A stretch of 64,000 nucleotides of DNA. Source: Amphiscolops sp. MND2022 (Eukaryota). The stretch lies in the NCBI GenBank assembly GCA_964187785.1, contig OZ076409.1:82896001-82960000 (forward strand), given 5' to 3'. Position 1 is the stretch's first letter. The number at the start of each line of letters is the position of its first letter. The position numbers were made by a program, and so were the translations under genes. Of this stretch, positions 1-12,655 are shown in pieces. The notes under the pieces are model-generated. The model saw only the letters and a program-made list of their open reading frames with translations. It was not told the origin of the DNA and ran no database searches.

Positions 1-2233
1 ACGGATCAAACTAATTGATCACCAAGGGAAAAAGGCGAGCATTTCAAGGCAAAAATGAACGAATTGAAGGACTTGTTCAATTGATTCTTTTGATTGGCAT
101 TCTTTATTCTTAAGAACTGAAGATTCCCTGGGGAGGAGATCCTTGCAAAAAATTATCAAAAATTTTCAAGAAGAAATTATGCATATGAATTTCCTGTCAC
201 AGCAAAAAACTCTTAATCAAAAGAAACCCACCGCAGGGATTTGACACCCTTTTTCGTCGATTACCGATCGGCGAAATAAATTTAGAAGCATTAGTGAGAA
301 AAATCCATTTCAATTGTCAAAACAATACACGGCAAAAATCTGATATCAAAAATGTTCATGCAAAACTCGAGTGAATACTCAAGGTGTCAGATATTCTGAA
401 GACACCGACAAACCCAGGATATTTTTAAAAATCGTATGGACAGTTTTTGAGAAATTTGAAATTTTCATGAAAAGTCGGGAGAAAAAAACGACACGATTGC
501 ATAAGTAGACGAAAATTTTTTCCGACTCCTAAAAACTACAGGCTAATTCCTTTGGCACACGACAGGTAACAACTGTTTCCTTTACAATGGAAATCTTGCC
601 AAAACAATTGACAGCTGGCCAAAAGGGCGTTCTCTCAAAAGAAGGCTTTTCCGAAAATCTTCATTTGAGCTTTTTATACGAGCTTCTTATGTAAGAAATT
701 GCGCGGAATAACTCGGCGATAAACAGTCGTTTAACTCATCTAAAAGTGACATTTTTGCATATCGATTATGAAACAAAACCTAGAGAATTGGCTACACCTA
801 AATCAAAATTAAAGGTAGTTATAGTTCAATTGGGAACAATGCCAGAGAAAATGAGCAGAAAAATTGGGAAGAATGGCTCTGAAAATCGTATTATTGCATT
901 TACGCCACAGACATTTCCCTACATTGGAATCAAAACGCGGAAATCGGCGCCATTCGAAGGATTTAAGGAACATAATTTCTTCATGACTTCAAAGATGCAT
1001 AATCATTTCACAGGTAAACCTTGTTTGGAAGCACAAAAATCAAAAACATTTGAGAAACAAGATTTTTACCAGCATGAACTTCTCGGCATTTTGATGTTGA
1101 GAAAAAAAAAAGAAAATTTAACGATATCAAATACTTTGGTAAAATTTTCCTCGACAGTTGTAAAAACGGCTTACGCTTAGCACTGTTTAGTGAACCTAGA
1201 TTCGCTACTGTCAACTGGTCTTTTCTTTCAAACAACCGATTTCCCATTGAAGCATCTGGGACTGACACCTTAGCTGTCATAATAAGACAGTAACAATGGC
1301 CGGTGACAACAAAAAAGTATGAAAACGGTGCAACTGTAGCTTAGCATTAGAAAAAGGCATTGGGAAATTTTCTTTTGTTCGTGAGAAAGACTTCGAAAAC
1401 TAGGAGGAAGAATTGCGCCTTCGCACATTGGATGAAGGTGGAAATTAACTTGTCTGAAAGAATTGGATGAAAGAATAGAACCTAGAAGAACTGCTGTCAA
1501 TTTTTCCATTAATCCCATCGCAAGTCACTTTAATACTGCAGCTTCCAGCCTACCACTGCCTGACCACTTAATTGCAAATATGGTACCATATCTTGCTATG
1601 GGGAGTTAGTATCCGGAAGGGCGCCGACTTAGAAAAGCAGATCTGCTTATCCCCGAGGTATTGGGGAAATTAACTTCCAAATTCAGGAATTATTTATCTC
1701 TTATTTAACTCATGGAAATCAAGCTGCAGTTAAGAGTTAAAATGTACTAAAATCGATTAACTGAAGTAATGGGATCATTTGACCTCTTTACGGGGAACAT
1801 TCAACCAACCACATTTTGCACTCGTCATCCATTCTGGTAACTTAATAATTGTGTTTAAAAATTGATAGGACAAGTTTCATACTTTTCATAGTAATCTTTT
1901 GTACTTTCAAATTCGAAAATGAAGCATTTTGGTTTTCCCCAATCTTTGAGGTAGAAATTAACATTTGGTACGAAAATTCGTTGATTTTCTTGAATGATTT
2001 GCGTGAAAAAATATTTTTAAAAACATGACAGAGGTTCCACAGGAAGGAAACAAATTTTTGCCTTAAGAATTATTAAACTATCAAACTGACACATCCTATT
2101 GGAGCAACAAAAACAAGCAAACCAATTTTTGGACCAAACACTAACCACTCTCGGATCCTTCTAACAGCCGCGAGGAAAAGAACGTTCATCAAAAAGCACT
2201 GTGTCAACGTCATTTGAGCTGACCTTTTGGTCC

Positions 2234-2810
2234 AAAAATAGGCCCCTCCGGGGCTCAGTACTATTTCTGCTTTAATCTTTATTTTTTTTGAAACAAAAAA
2301 AATTCATTAATAAAAGAATCATATCTGGAATACCAATACTCTTGTTCAATCATTATTTAGCGCACAATTACATGTAATCAATTACAAAACGCGCAATTAA
2401 TCACTCTACCAATTTACACCGCCTTTAATTCTTCTCGGACTAAAGAAAATATAACTACTAAGCGTAGACGAAGTTTCGCATTCGCATTTGAATGCAGGCG
2501 AAGCTCTCAACGAACGAATAATTAACACTCATTCGCTTCATCTCAATAACTCGGGGCAACGAAAGCACAATTACGAACATTCGCTCGCTTCATCTCAATG
2601 ACGTCAGCATACGAATGGATAATTACCACTCGCTCGTTCCATCGCACTAGAATTGAATTGTTGTCGGCAGCTTGCGTAATTTATTTCCCACGCTTACAGT
2701 CACTGCCGAACAAAATATCTGAATTATTCAGTATCACGACAAAAATTGTTCTGAAAAAAAGTAGAAATTTTGAGGTTACAATAATATTCCTGCTAAAGCA
2801 GAAATATTAA
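2234..2810 (-). mobile_element. Non-autonomous Helentron/DINE-1-like element, family B (copy 1)
   Basis: 13-bp subterminal inverted repeat TATTTCTGCTTTA (2262-2274) / TAAAGCAGAAATA (2794-2806); partial inverted repeat beside the right copy; GC hairpin GCCCC-TCC-GGGGC (2242-2254) next to an A-run; >130 bp nearly identical to ~15062-15190. Confidence 0.6.
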
Positions 2811-3625
2811 TAAAATGATTGATGTCGGCAAAATATTATCTCTGACATTGAAGAACAATTATTAATTACGCATTTTAATCAATGGTGGAAAAACTGGGCG
2901 TGTTCAAATTTTCGCATTTTAATCAATGGTGGAGAGAAACTGGGTGCGTTCAAATTTTTGCAAAGTTCGAAAAAAAAATCAACAAAATGAGCTTTACTCC
3001 ACAAATGCACACTAGCTATTTTGGATTAAATAATTACACATTCAGTGTCGGAAAGAGCTCTACAGACACTTTGGAAATTAGCAACTATGTCAAATGGTTT
3101 TCTTTATCTTCAAGTATAAAAGTTGTTTTCGTTTTGTTGGAATAAGAAATAGGATATCTATAGGGAGATGAAAAACGTGATTTTAGTTGGCGCTTTGACA
3201 TTAAACGGTGCTATCATAGTAGCTTTGCGTAGGTTTTTCATTTTTTATCAATCTGATCCCAATGGTTTCACAAAAGTTCAAAGTTCTACAGATTGGGCAA
3301 GCAGTGGTTGGAGCGCTCAGCTTTTATAAAAAGTCCGGTGTTTTTGTTGGTGAATCTTTTAGCTTGCAAGTTGTTTAGGATAGGCTTCCTTCAAGCGGGC
3401 TTGTATGCCCGTGGAAGTCTCTTTTGGTCATAAATTAATGTTTATTTATATACTGTATTTTTAATAAGAATGACCAAACGAATTAAATCATTATTATTAT
3501 TACTATTATATGTTCGATTTCAGGTACGATATCCTTTCAAAAACTTCTTGTTTGACAATCTTATTCGAATTGAAACGCTTTATGACACCTAAAGGGCCCT
3601 CCATTGCGTTTTCCGCCAACGCGCG

Positions 3626-4346
3626 TTTTTTAGTCGGCGTATTTTATTAGAAAATGTGCCCGACTCTTACAGTGGGTAGTTTTTCTTACTCGCGTAAGGT
3701 CCACTTTTTAGTTCAGTTTGACCAAAACATACCGCAAACCTTAGAACCTCATCCAAAATTATAAAACCGACGCCCAAAACCTTGAAAACAACTAAGGATC
3801 CCCACTTTGGCTATCTGGGTGTTTTTAACTTGGCTTTTTTTCGGCACTATAAGACTTTTTTCGAAAATTTTTTGATTGCACCAAAGGGTCTTCCCTTCAA
3901 TTTTTTTGATATTTTGGAACATAATAGATGTTTGAAAATCCCAAAGGGTCCCCCCTTTCAGATTTTTCGGCACTATAAGACTGTTCAAAATTGTCATTTT
4001 TCATCTGACATTAGGTTTTCTCAATACATATCCACCAATATTTTTTTCAATACTATCCGAAATTTGAACGTAATATCCGGAGTAAAGCGCTATATCCGAA
4101 TTTTTGACGTTATTTCCGAAGTATATTCCGTTTCACTGAGGAGGAGGCGCAGGTTCGAAAACAAGTGCTCGCATTTGTCCAAGCCGCTATATCCGAACTT
4201 CTGAAGCGTTTTCCCAGTACGGAATGCTTCCTTTGGGTGAAACTTTTTTGTGAGTTTTCCATAAAAAACGTCATGAGCATATTTTGAAAATTTTCCACTT
4301 TTTGAGCCTTAGATATAGCGCCGACTTTGGCCGTTCTCGGCTTGTT
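3626..4346 (+). mobile_element. Non-autonomous Helentron/DINE-1-like element, family A
   Basis: Starts TTTTTTAGTCGGCG; ends GCGCCGACT + hairpin GCCG-TTCT-CGGC + TTGTT; near-identical inverted copy at 31389-32075 (pseudo-ORFs 3782..4204 and 31531..31932 nearly match). Confidence 0.75.
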
Positions 4347-5259
4347 GAAGTATCAGGTTTTTCGGATATTCTGTGAGGAAATAGTTATTTTGTTTCCAAA
4401 GGGTCCCTCCACCTTCCCTTTTTTCGGCACTCGGTGACTTTTGGAACTTTTTACAGGATTCTCGCTTTGGTTTTATGCTGCTTTCAGTTAGAAAAGAAAA
4501 CTTCAAACCAAAGGGTCCTCCCTCTGAATATTTTTGGTTGTGAGATTTTTGCGAATCTTTCAAAAATAATTTCTACGCGGTTCCAAGTATATTGCGCTTG
4601 AACCTTAGGTGGGGCACCGAATTTATGCCGTCTCCAGACTATTACAGTCACTTCATTCAAGACAGGCGAGAATACTCTCAAAATGGATAAGTAGCTTCAA
4701 GGGCCCGCGCTCATTGAGTATTTTGGTTATATATAACTTTATCCAGTTAAGGCTTGGGCTCAAATTCCGGTAGGAGCCAAATTTTTTCGTCTTTCACAGT
4801 AAACGCACCTTTTTGACTTTTTTGCAGTTAGGGCCGAAATTATTTGACTCCGAATGGAATCCCATTGAGATTTTTTTGACACAGAATTTTTTTCTTGGTT
4901 ATTACTTCATGTGAGATTTATGGAATTTTGACAACAATCTTGAGTTTTTTTGAGCCTTTTGCTGAATTTCATTATCTTTTCGAAAGTACGGAAACTTTGC
5001 AAAAAGAGAACAAAACCTTAAAGATACAACCTATGACGCGAAAGGTGAAGGTTTTTTGAGTATGGCACAATGGTGAAAAAAACCTGGAATTTTGAGACAA
5101 ATTCGCCGTTTTCATGAAAATGGTTTTGATGGAAAAAATTTGAAAATGGTTGAGTGAAACTGAAAATATGAGGCAGGTTAGATACCAGCAGAATAAAACT
5201 AAATGAATACTTCAAATAACTAAATAAACTCACAATTTTTTACTTTATTTATTTATTAA

Positions 5260-5797
5260 CCCTAGCTGACCTGGGTGTTTTTGCAAATTTTCAAAATATC
5301 TGATTGAAAATTTTAAATCATTAATATCTCCACTACTACACGTACCGGAGAAATGTACTATACCGCGTTTAAAAGGTTTGATATTCGGCTTTCATTATGG
5401 TCTGGTGAGCCACTGTCACTGCGGGCCTTATTCTTCAGAACTTTTAGTTTCTTTTTCTGGTATCGCTGCGCGGGGGTTTGCAGTAACAGGATATTATGGT
5501 TTGTTGCACAAAGACTTGTTGTGGAAGGGTATGGGGCTTTTTTCAATTCGTCAAAGGCTTTTGACAAAACTGGATTTCGCCAAAAACTGAATTTGGGAAA
5601 AGTGTAACATTTTTTGTGCAAAAAAAACATTTTTCTGTTTTGGAGCCATATTCACTTTTTCTAATGCTTGTGCCATTCAAATCAATGAATTCCAATGAGG
5701 TTCCAATGAATTGGTGAAAAACTGCTAGAGATTATAGGCTACTGGCCAAAAGAATCAGAAATTGAAAAAAGGTAGGCTGCTTTAAAGTACCACTAGG
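5260..5797. mobile_element. Possible TTAA-flanked (piggyBac-like) MITE, degenerate
   Basis: TTAA|CCCTAG at 5256-5265 and CTAGG|TTAA at 5793-5801; no coding capacity; the inverted match is short. Confidence 0.35.
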
Positions 5798-6191
5798 TTA
5801 ATTGGGGTTAATACATAATGCCATGAATCGAGAATTTTCATTGCAAATGAATAAACGTTGTTTGGCACCAACCTCTTTAGCTTTTAGAAATTCGCAATGA
5901 AAGTTAATCAAGCTGGAAAAAAGTTCTTCGACTCGGAAATGAGCTAGAATTTGAATTTTAGTTGTTCAATGTTAGCTTGGAGACAAAAACTTTTTACAAA
6001 TGCCTGATTCCCAAAATTTTCTCAACTGATACATACTTCAGCAGCGTAATTTATGCTCTATTCGAATTGAACTTCAACTCATTTCTTTGCCTTTAATTTA
6101 TTTCTATAACAACCCTCATGTGAGGCATGGATCAATGGATTGTGCTGGATGTACTACCTAGAGTAAAAAAAACTTGAAGAAAAAAACTTAC

Positions 6192-6292
6192 TCGATGAGT
6201 GTATCCACGACTATTTCTTCGAAACAGTGCTGCACCACTTTGTAGTCTTCCGCTATGATCGCTTTTTGTCGCTGCGTCACCTTGTAGTCCAT
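6192..6292 (-). CDS. Probable globin first coding exon (remaining exons not found in window)
   Basis: MDYKVTQRQKAIIAEDYKVVQHCFEEIVVDTLI+GA|gtaagt. Resembles globin A/B helices (myoglobin W14...GQDILIR); the phase-2 donor falls 17 codons after the A12-equivalent aromatic, i.e. the ancestral B12.2 intron position; acceptor ttgtag ends at 6346. Too short for the ORF track. Confidence 0.5.
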
Positions 6293-7261
6293 TTCGAACA
6301 GTGCAATTCAATTGAAATTAGAACCAAGTAGCTTCCAATGACGCGCTACAAGACAATCACTTCAACTGGACGGACACTTTTAGCACTCAGGCGAAATTGG
6401 CGAAGAAGTGACACATAACCGATGCGTATACCTTCACTTTTAGTCAGCTTGTAATAATTGAATTATTTGGCCAGAGAAACGCGGAAAGAAATCAAATTGG
6501 TTTTAAAATCCCTAGTAGCATAGGACTAATGTTTGGCAGAATGAATTAATTGCGGTTAGAGATTTTAGAATGGAAATGAGCAATTACCAAGGTGAATGTT
6601 TTTCAAAGAATAAAGAGCTACCATTTTCCAATTCAGAAAAGAAAGAAAAGAAGAATAAAGGGAATGGAACAGATTTCAATTACGGTCACTATTGCATCCC
6701 AAAGCCATAGTAAATCAATACGGGCACGGAGAAAGTAACAGATTGATGTGTTGAAAAGAATTGTGTTTCTCTCCGGAGAAGCGGATATGAAATCTTCACT
6801 TTCCCACACGCATTCAAATCGTGAATGGATGTATAATACAAAATAATACAAGAGCGTAAATTCCAAGTAACAATGCAGTCACCCTTTTAATGGCGGTTGG
6901 AAGGTGGTAACTTCAGAAAACAAGACTAGGAAATTTTTAATATCTTGATTTAATCCCTTAGAGAAACAATTACAGACACGCACTTCTTGCGAAACAATCC
7001 GACTTACGTCTTTATAGAGGTTAGCTGTCGAAACTTACGATAATAAATCAAGAATGTCTTAAATTTTCATGAAACCCTGTCAAAATTCCACGACTGGTCG
7101 TGCAGATCTGATTAGAGCGAAACCCTGCGGTGACATTAATTTCGAGAAAGTTCTTCAGACAGGTCTCTCCACACCAATAACAGCTAATTTCGAAACTCTA
7201 GCAACTCGACTGGACCTGCAGTAAACTGTTTTAAAAATAACTGAAAAGGAACTAAAAAATT

Positions 7262-7335
7262 GTTCATGAGCGGAATTCGAACCCACGACCCCCTGCTAGC
7301 GTAGCGCGATCCTAACCACCAGGGGCCAAGTGGTG
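7262..7335 (-). repeat. tRNA-derived (SINE-head-like) segment
   Basis: Minus strand reads TGGCCCCTGGTGGTTAGG (A-box-like) ... GGGTTCGAATTCC (B box); no intact acceptor stem; adjacent to family A ends at ~7359-7440 and ~7640-7686. Confidence 0.5.
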
Positions 7336-9674
7336 GACTTTAGCAAGAAATACTGCCCAACAAGACGGGAACGTCTCAAGCCGGCGCTCCGCTTAAGACT
7401 CAAAAAACGCAAAGTTTTTAAAATTTTCTCAGGGCGTCTTTTTTTATTTCCGAACATCGGCCTCCTCCTTAGTAAAACGCAATTTTCGGATACAGCGCAA
7501 TAATTTCGAATATCCACTTCCTCCTTTTTGAAAGCTGGGAAATTTTTTCTAGCCCAAAGAGACAGGCTTGTAGATTTGCTTACTGTGGGATTGAGAAAAA
7601 TTGAAAAACTGTTTCTTAAATCTTTGGAGTTGTTTGCGCTTTTTGAGCCTTAAGCGGGACATCGACTTATACAGTTCCCGGCTTGATAGCATACATCCTG
7701 ACTTAACAAATCAAGTGACAGTGTTTTATTAGGACAGAAAAACGAAATAGTTATTTATGGGAACAACTGGTTAAGGCTTTAAACACAGAAGACCTGGATG
7801 ACGTGAAAATTATCAAGTCAACGAAGGCCTAAAAACTCGCAACTCAATTCTAAAATCAATTATTCTTTCGCTGACTCTGTGTCTGTTACATAGGGATTAA
7901 AGATACCCTCGAGACTCTGGAACAATAAAACGCCATTCTCAAAGTCTTAAATGTTCAGCCTTCAGCTAAAGTAAGTTTAGACTTAGGTTATGTGAATTGT
8001 TTTCATTCAGACACGAGATTGACGGAAAGCCAAGATGACTTAATGAATTGTAAGTCACAACAAAAATCTTTTTAATAAAACAACTTCAACTGTATGTGTG
8101 ACCGTGGTCGACACTGCAAGGAAGCTCTGTAGATTGCAAAGCATTCACAACCAACCATTCTTCCAACAACAGACCCGCCTCAACTTTGCTTGGGCAAAAG
8201 ACGTTCACATTTTTCTGACTTCCAGTGAGCACTTCCTGTGAGTTTTTACATCGCTATTTTTTCGCTTATCGCTAAACCGCTAATCTTAAAATCGCTATTT
8301 CGGTGGAAAACTTTCTTCAAACCATTAAATGTTTGAATTCAAGTCAAGTACGTTTCAAAATCCAATAATAACTTAATTCGATTTTTGCAAGAAAAAAGGA
8401 AAATTTCTCATACTGTGTTTCACAACTAAGAGTTGGACATTTTCAAAATTCATTTTGAAACTCATTGTATTTTCTGAGGAAGTTTTGAATTTGGACAACC
8501 TATTAGTTGCCGCTAATTTGAATTGCTAAAATCGCTGAAAAAATTCTGCGCGGCCGCTAATTCGCTGATTAGCAGTGTCAAAACTCTGGTTCGCACGGTC
8601 CTTATTATTCATTCTAGAAGACGGTTTCGCCTTGGTTATCTCTCACGAATTTTAACCAGTGCTTTTGAGGAAAGAACAGCAAAAATAGTGAATGTTGAGT
8701 TCAAAGAACGCTTCAAATGAAGCATCGATTAGTTGACTTTCGACAATCAAATGCTAAATTACGCCAAGAACCATTCTAATTTGGTGTCTGTTCATTAGAA
8801 ACATTGGCGCGGAAAATAAATTGACTTTCAATTGGTTTCTGTGTCCAAAGAGCTGCAGGAAAACCACTCTTCGAAAGACCATTTTGGAAGAAGTTCCGAC
8901 AATATTTGCAAAACTTTGTGAAGACATCAATGGAAAAGGGGGTATAATTATATTCACCCAAAATAGTCCACAAACATTCCCAATATTTTTTTACAATTCT
9001 AGCGCGCAATACCCAAGGTTATTCTAAACAGCACTATTTTTTGGAACGTGCAGGCACAGAGTGTTGTGAACAAATGTCTTAAGCGCACAAGATTGGAACG
9101 GAATTAATTTAAGCCTCAAAGAAATTCAAGGATTATTACAGCGTGTCCCCTCCCATAGCCTGGAAAATCGAAAAATCAATGTTTGGAAAAGAAAATTACT
9201 TTAGGTATGCCAAAAACTGAGTCTTCATTCAAACGTTTTTTGTCCAAAACAAAAGGAGCGTTCAATATTTAGAGGCAAAATACCAGCAAAGGAACTTTTT
9301 TTTTACAATTGATTGGTTTTCAAAGGAAATGTGTTAGTCTAAAAGTTGTTGACTCAAAGAAGCTTGTCAAAAATTTTTTTCTGAAATTCTTTTGAACATT
9401 AAATTCCGAAGAACACAAGAGATAATAGAATTAAAGCCAAAACACGCTTAGGAAAACTGGTCAACTTGATTCAATTTACGAACAGAATTTGCAAAGAGCT
9501 CCTCCAGTTGAAACGAATCTAGTGGAAAAATTCGGAGATGACGGACTTTGAATTCTGGGAAAGAAGACTTACAAGGTGTCAGACAATAGACAATGAAAGG
9601 GAAATAAAAAATCTGCTCCATTTCAGATTAATTATCTTCTAGAAAAACCTCGGTTGAAAGCCAGGGAATGACAA

Positions 9675-10214
9675 AAGCAAGTCTGAAACGGCCCACGTTG
9701 GCGCCCGTTCAAGGTTCAAAAAGAGCAGTGTTTTGAATATGCGAAAGGACACTATTGTGAAAATTTACAGCGCCAAAAATACTCGAAACATCAAAACCCC
9801 AATTTTTTGAAAATTTGAAGATTTTCTTCATGGAAAAAGTCTCATAGTGGCGGAAAACCCAAAAGGAGACCCTCCAGCTTCACAAAACGCTTTTTCCAAG
9901 CCAAAAACGTGTAAAAAGGAAAAGGTGTGCCCTTTGACAAATGAAATTCATTTCGAAGAAAAATCGCGCAGTGCCGAAAACCCTGGGGTCTTTCCTTTAC
10001 CTTTGGAAGCTTAAAAAAACTTAGTTTAGTGCGGGACCCGAGCCCACATACTCCTGCTTCTCAAGACTCGTCACCAGGCACCGAAAGCCGCGTTAACCAC
10101 TGGTCCAAAGGACACTTTGAGAGGGCCCCTTACATGGAAAAACAGGATGAGAATTTGAAAACTTGCCACTGTAAGAACCGAGCACTTTTTTTCCAAAAGG
10201 CACCGACTAAAAAT
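9675..10214 (-). mobile_element. Diverged family A copy containing a tRNA-like segment; further family A 5' ends at ~10525-10600 and ~10700-10780
   Basis: Ends GCACCGACTAAAAA (reverse complement of the family A 5' end); GAAAGCGCCGACT(G/A)AAA repeated near 10583 and 10762. Confidence 0.55.
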
Positions 10215-12655
10215 AACAGAAAAATATTTTCTATCAGTGGGATGTTTTCCAAAGTCGACGCCGAAGAAATTAAAGTGGAAACGACATGCCGGCATCCGCT
10301 TAAGTGAAAAACTTACTTTTTGTGACAATTCAGAAAAAAACTCAAAATGGGGTACAATTTGATTACATACGGCTTTGAAATCGGCGCCCTACATGAGGCA
10401 GAAGAAGTGCAAAGTCAACTGACTATTGCATTTTAAAAAAAATCAAAATATTTTAGAATGATTCCTTGGACCTCTAAGATTCTAAACGTCTAAGCATCGT
10501 GATTGCGTTGAAAAGAAAACGTGGACGTCTCAGGGTGACTGAAGACAAAACTTGCCACTACGGGGCTTGCGTTCTTTACTTGAAAGCGCCGACTGAAAAC
10601 AAAAGGGGAGACTTTTTCGGTACTCAAAAAATAAACCCACGCGCTGTAACCACTAAACCATCGCTTCTTTCCAAGCGTTGTTAGATGAAATTTATAAAAG
10701 TGGACGTTTCAGGGTGATTGAAAAAAAACTTGCCACTGTAAGGGTCTTGCACTTTTTACTTGAAAGCGCCGACTAAAAAGACTTTGTCGGTACTCAAAGA
10801 AAAGAGACCTTTTTGGTACTCGTCAGATCTAAGGCAAAAATTAAAACATTGTAAAGCAAACCCGCAAGTGCCTCCATAATTTTCCATAAAATGTACATCC
10901 GAGTCCTGGCTACTGAGGTTGTAGGCCTGATAACGTCAAAGTAACAGAAGTAAAATTTCTTGCTCAATTTATCATTCGTTTCAAAGCATAAAATACGGCA
11001 TGGAACTGACACCGACTACACTCTTTTTACTACAATTTAGCCCTGAAAACGGTTGTGTGGAACCTTGAACTCAAAACAACTCGTCGAATATCATCAGGGT
11101 GGGCGTCTTGTTAGTTACCTATCAATCTTTCTCAACCCTTGTTCCTCGCAAACCTGTTGACGAGTGACTATATTAACCTGTTTTAACCTTTATATGTTTT
11201 GAAACTGATCTATTATCAGCCTTTTCGGGAAGCATAGATTATAGCGAATGTTTTATTATATATGTATTATAAATCGAATCTAATTATTGAAAAAAAAACA
11301 ACTATTAGCGTAATAGTTGAAGGGAGGTGAATTGAAGCTACGAACCAAGTGAATCTCGAGCTTCTACAATGTCTGAAGACAACGCATCCGTGATTCATAC
11401 TTAAAGGCATTAAAATAGCGCAGTGCTGATGCGCCTCTAAATTCTATGACTTGTAAAATTGTAACAAGAGATTGTGATATAGACTTTAAATTCTGAGAAT
11501 TTGAAATGATATAAATTAAATTCAAATTGGACTGTTCCGGTCTAAACACTTGAGCAAAAGCAATAGATAACGCTGTTCAAGTAAAATACTATAAAAATAT
11601 CAATTCCATTATCAGGTAGATTATTTGAGTATTTCTAACAGTGGGGCACTCTTCTAATATTGCTGTGTATTGTACAGAAGATGCAATTGATTTTGCGTGC
11701 TGATAGTAGTCATATACTAGAGTGATAGGAAAGCTCCGCATTCTGGTTAAAAATGGTCCAAAAACCAAATACTTGGAAATCAATAGATACCTGTAGAATT
11801 CTATAAGTGATTATATTTTTTGAAACTTCAACTTGCATCTAAATCTCCACCGAATTAGTTCGAATATCAAGAGATCGAACGTACGGTGTGTTTTCAAACA
11901 CCAGAGCACAAGCTTGGTTGATTGAAATGCGATCCACCCTTTTAGAAGTTACATTTTTCACCGGCACAACCCGAAACTTTCTCTACATTTTCAACGAATT
12001 TTTAGATTCAAATCAATTGTATAGTCCATAGGCTTTCTTGTGTGGCGTACAATGCACTGAAACACCAATATACAGATACACAATTACATGAGTCATGCGC
12101 TCATCCGTGTTTTTGCGTTCAAATATACAACTAAAAATAGAAACTCCTTATTTCGAAGATGCTTCCAATCTAGAAACAAAAACTACACATGAATCTTTAC
12201 CAATATCTGGATAATGAGTGCGCTCATTGGGTTTACCAAATTGGTCCAAGGGGTTTGAAAAAAAACTAGGGGGAGATTGGAAAGATACTCTTGCGTTAAT
12301 GATGGTTTCATAGCAGCATTTAATTCATCGATCTATAGACTGTATCACAATTTTGGGGCTGGGCATAGAACAGCCTAGTGAGGGAAAGAAGAAAATCGAT
12401 AAATATTCTGTGAACTTTTTCAATAATGTGTTCCATTGTAAACAGCACTGTTCATTTCCCGAGTAAATATCCAAAAACTTCCGCCTGAATAATTCCGCTT
12501 TCAAACTGAAACTGTCAAAGTTCCTCCCTTGTCTATTGCAAAGAATATAAAATTTGAAAGCAGTATCAGTTGAAGATGTTACCAGACGTCTATTTGACAT
12601 CTGGGAGAAAAAGTATCAGAGCACTAAATAATTAATCAACAGATTGGGTAAATAA

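Noticed and set aside
1180..1680. Coding-looking segment with in-frame TGA (possible selenoprotein or exon)
   Set aside because: No recognisable family, several stops on both strands, no convincing splice pair or SECIS.
3749..4204. ORFs 3782..4204, 31531..31932, 27646..27954 and similar
   Set aside because: They lie within non-coding family A repeats; similarity reflects repeat copies.
7262..7335. Functional tRNA gene
   Set aside because: A and B boxes are present but I cannot form an acceptor stem or anticodon arm.
8238..8588. Possible hAT-like MITE with CGCTA repeats
   Set aside because: Inverted ends are degenerate and no TSD is visible.
12325..12600. 91-aa ORF directly after an acceptor behind ATP6AP2
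   Set aside because: No recognisable homology or exon chain; kept only as supporting detail in the operon finding.
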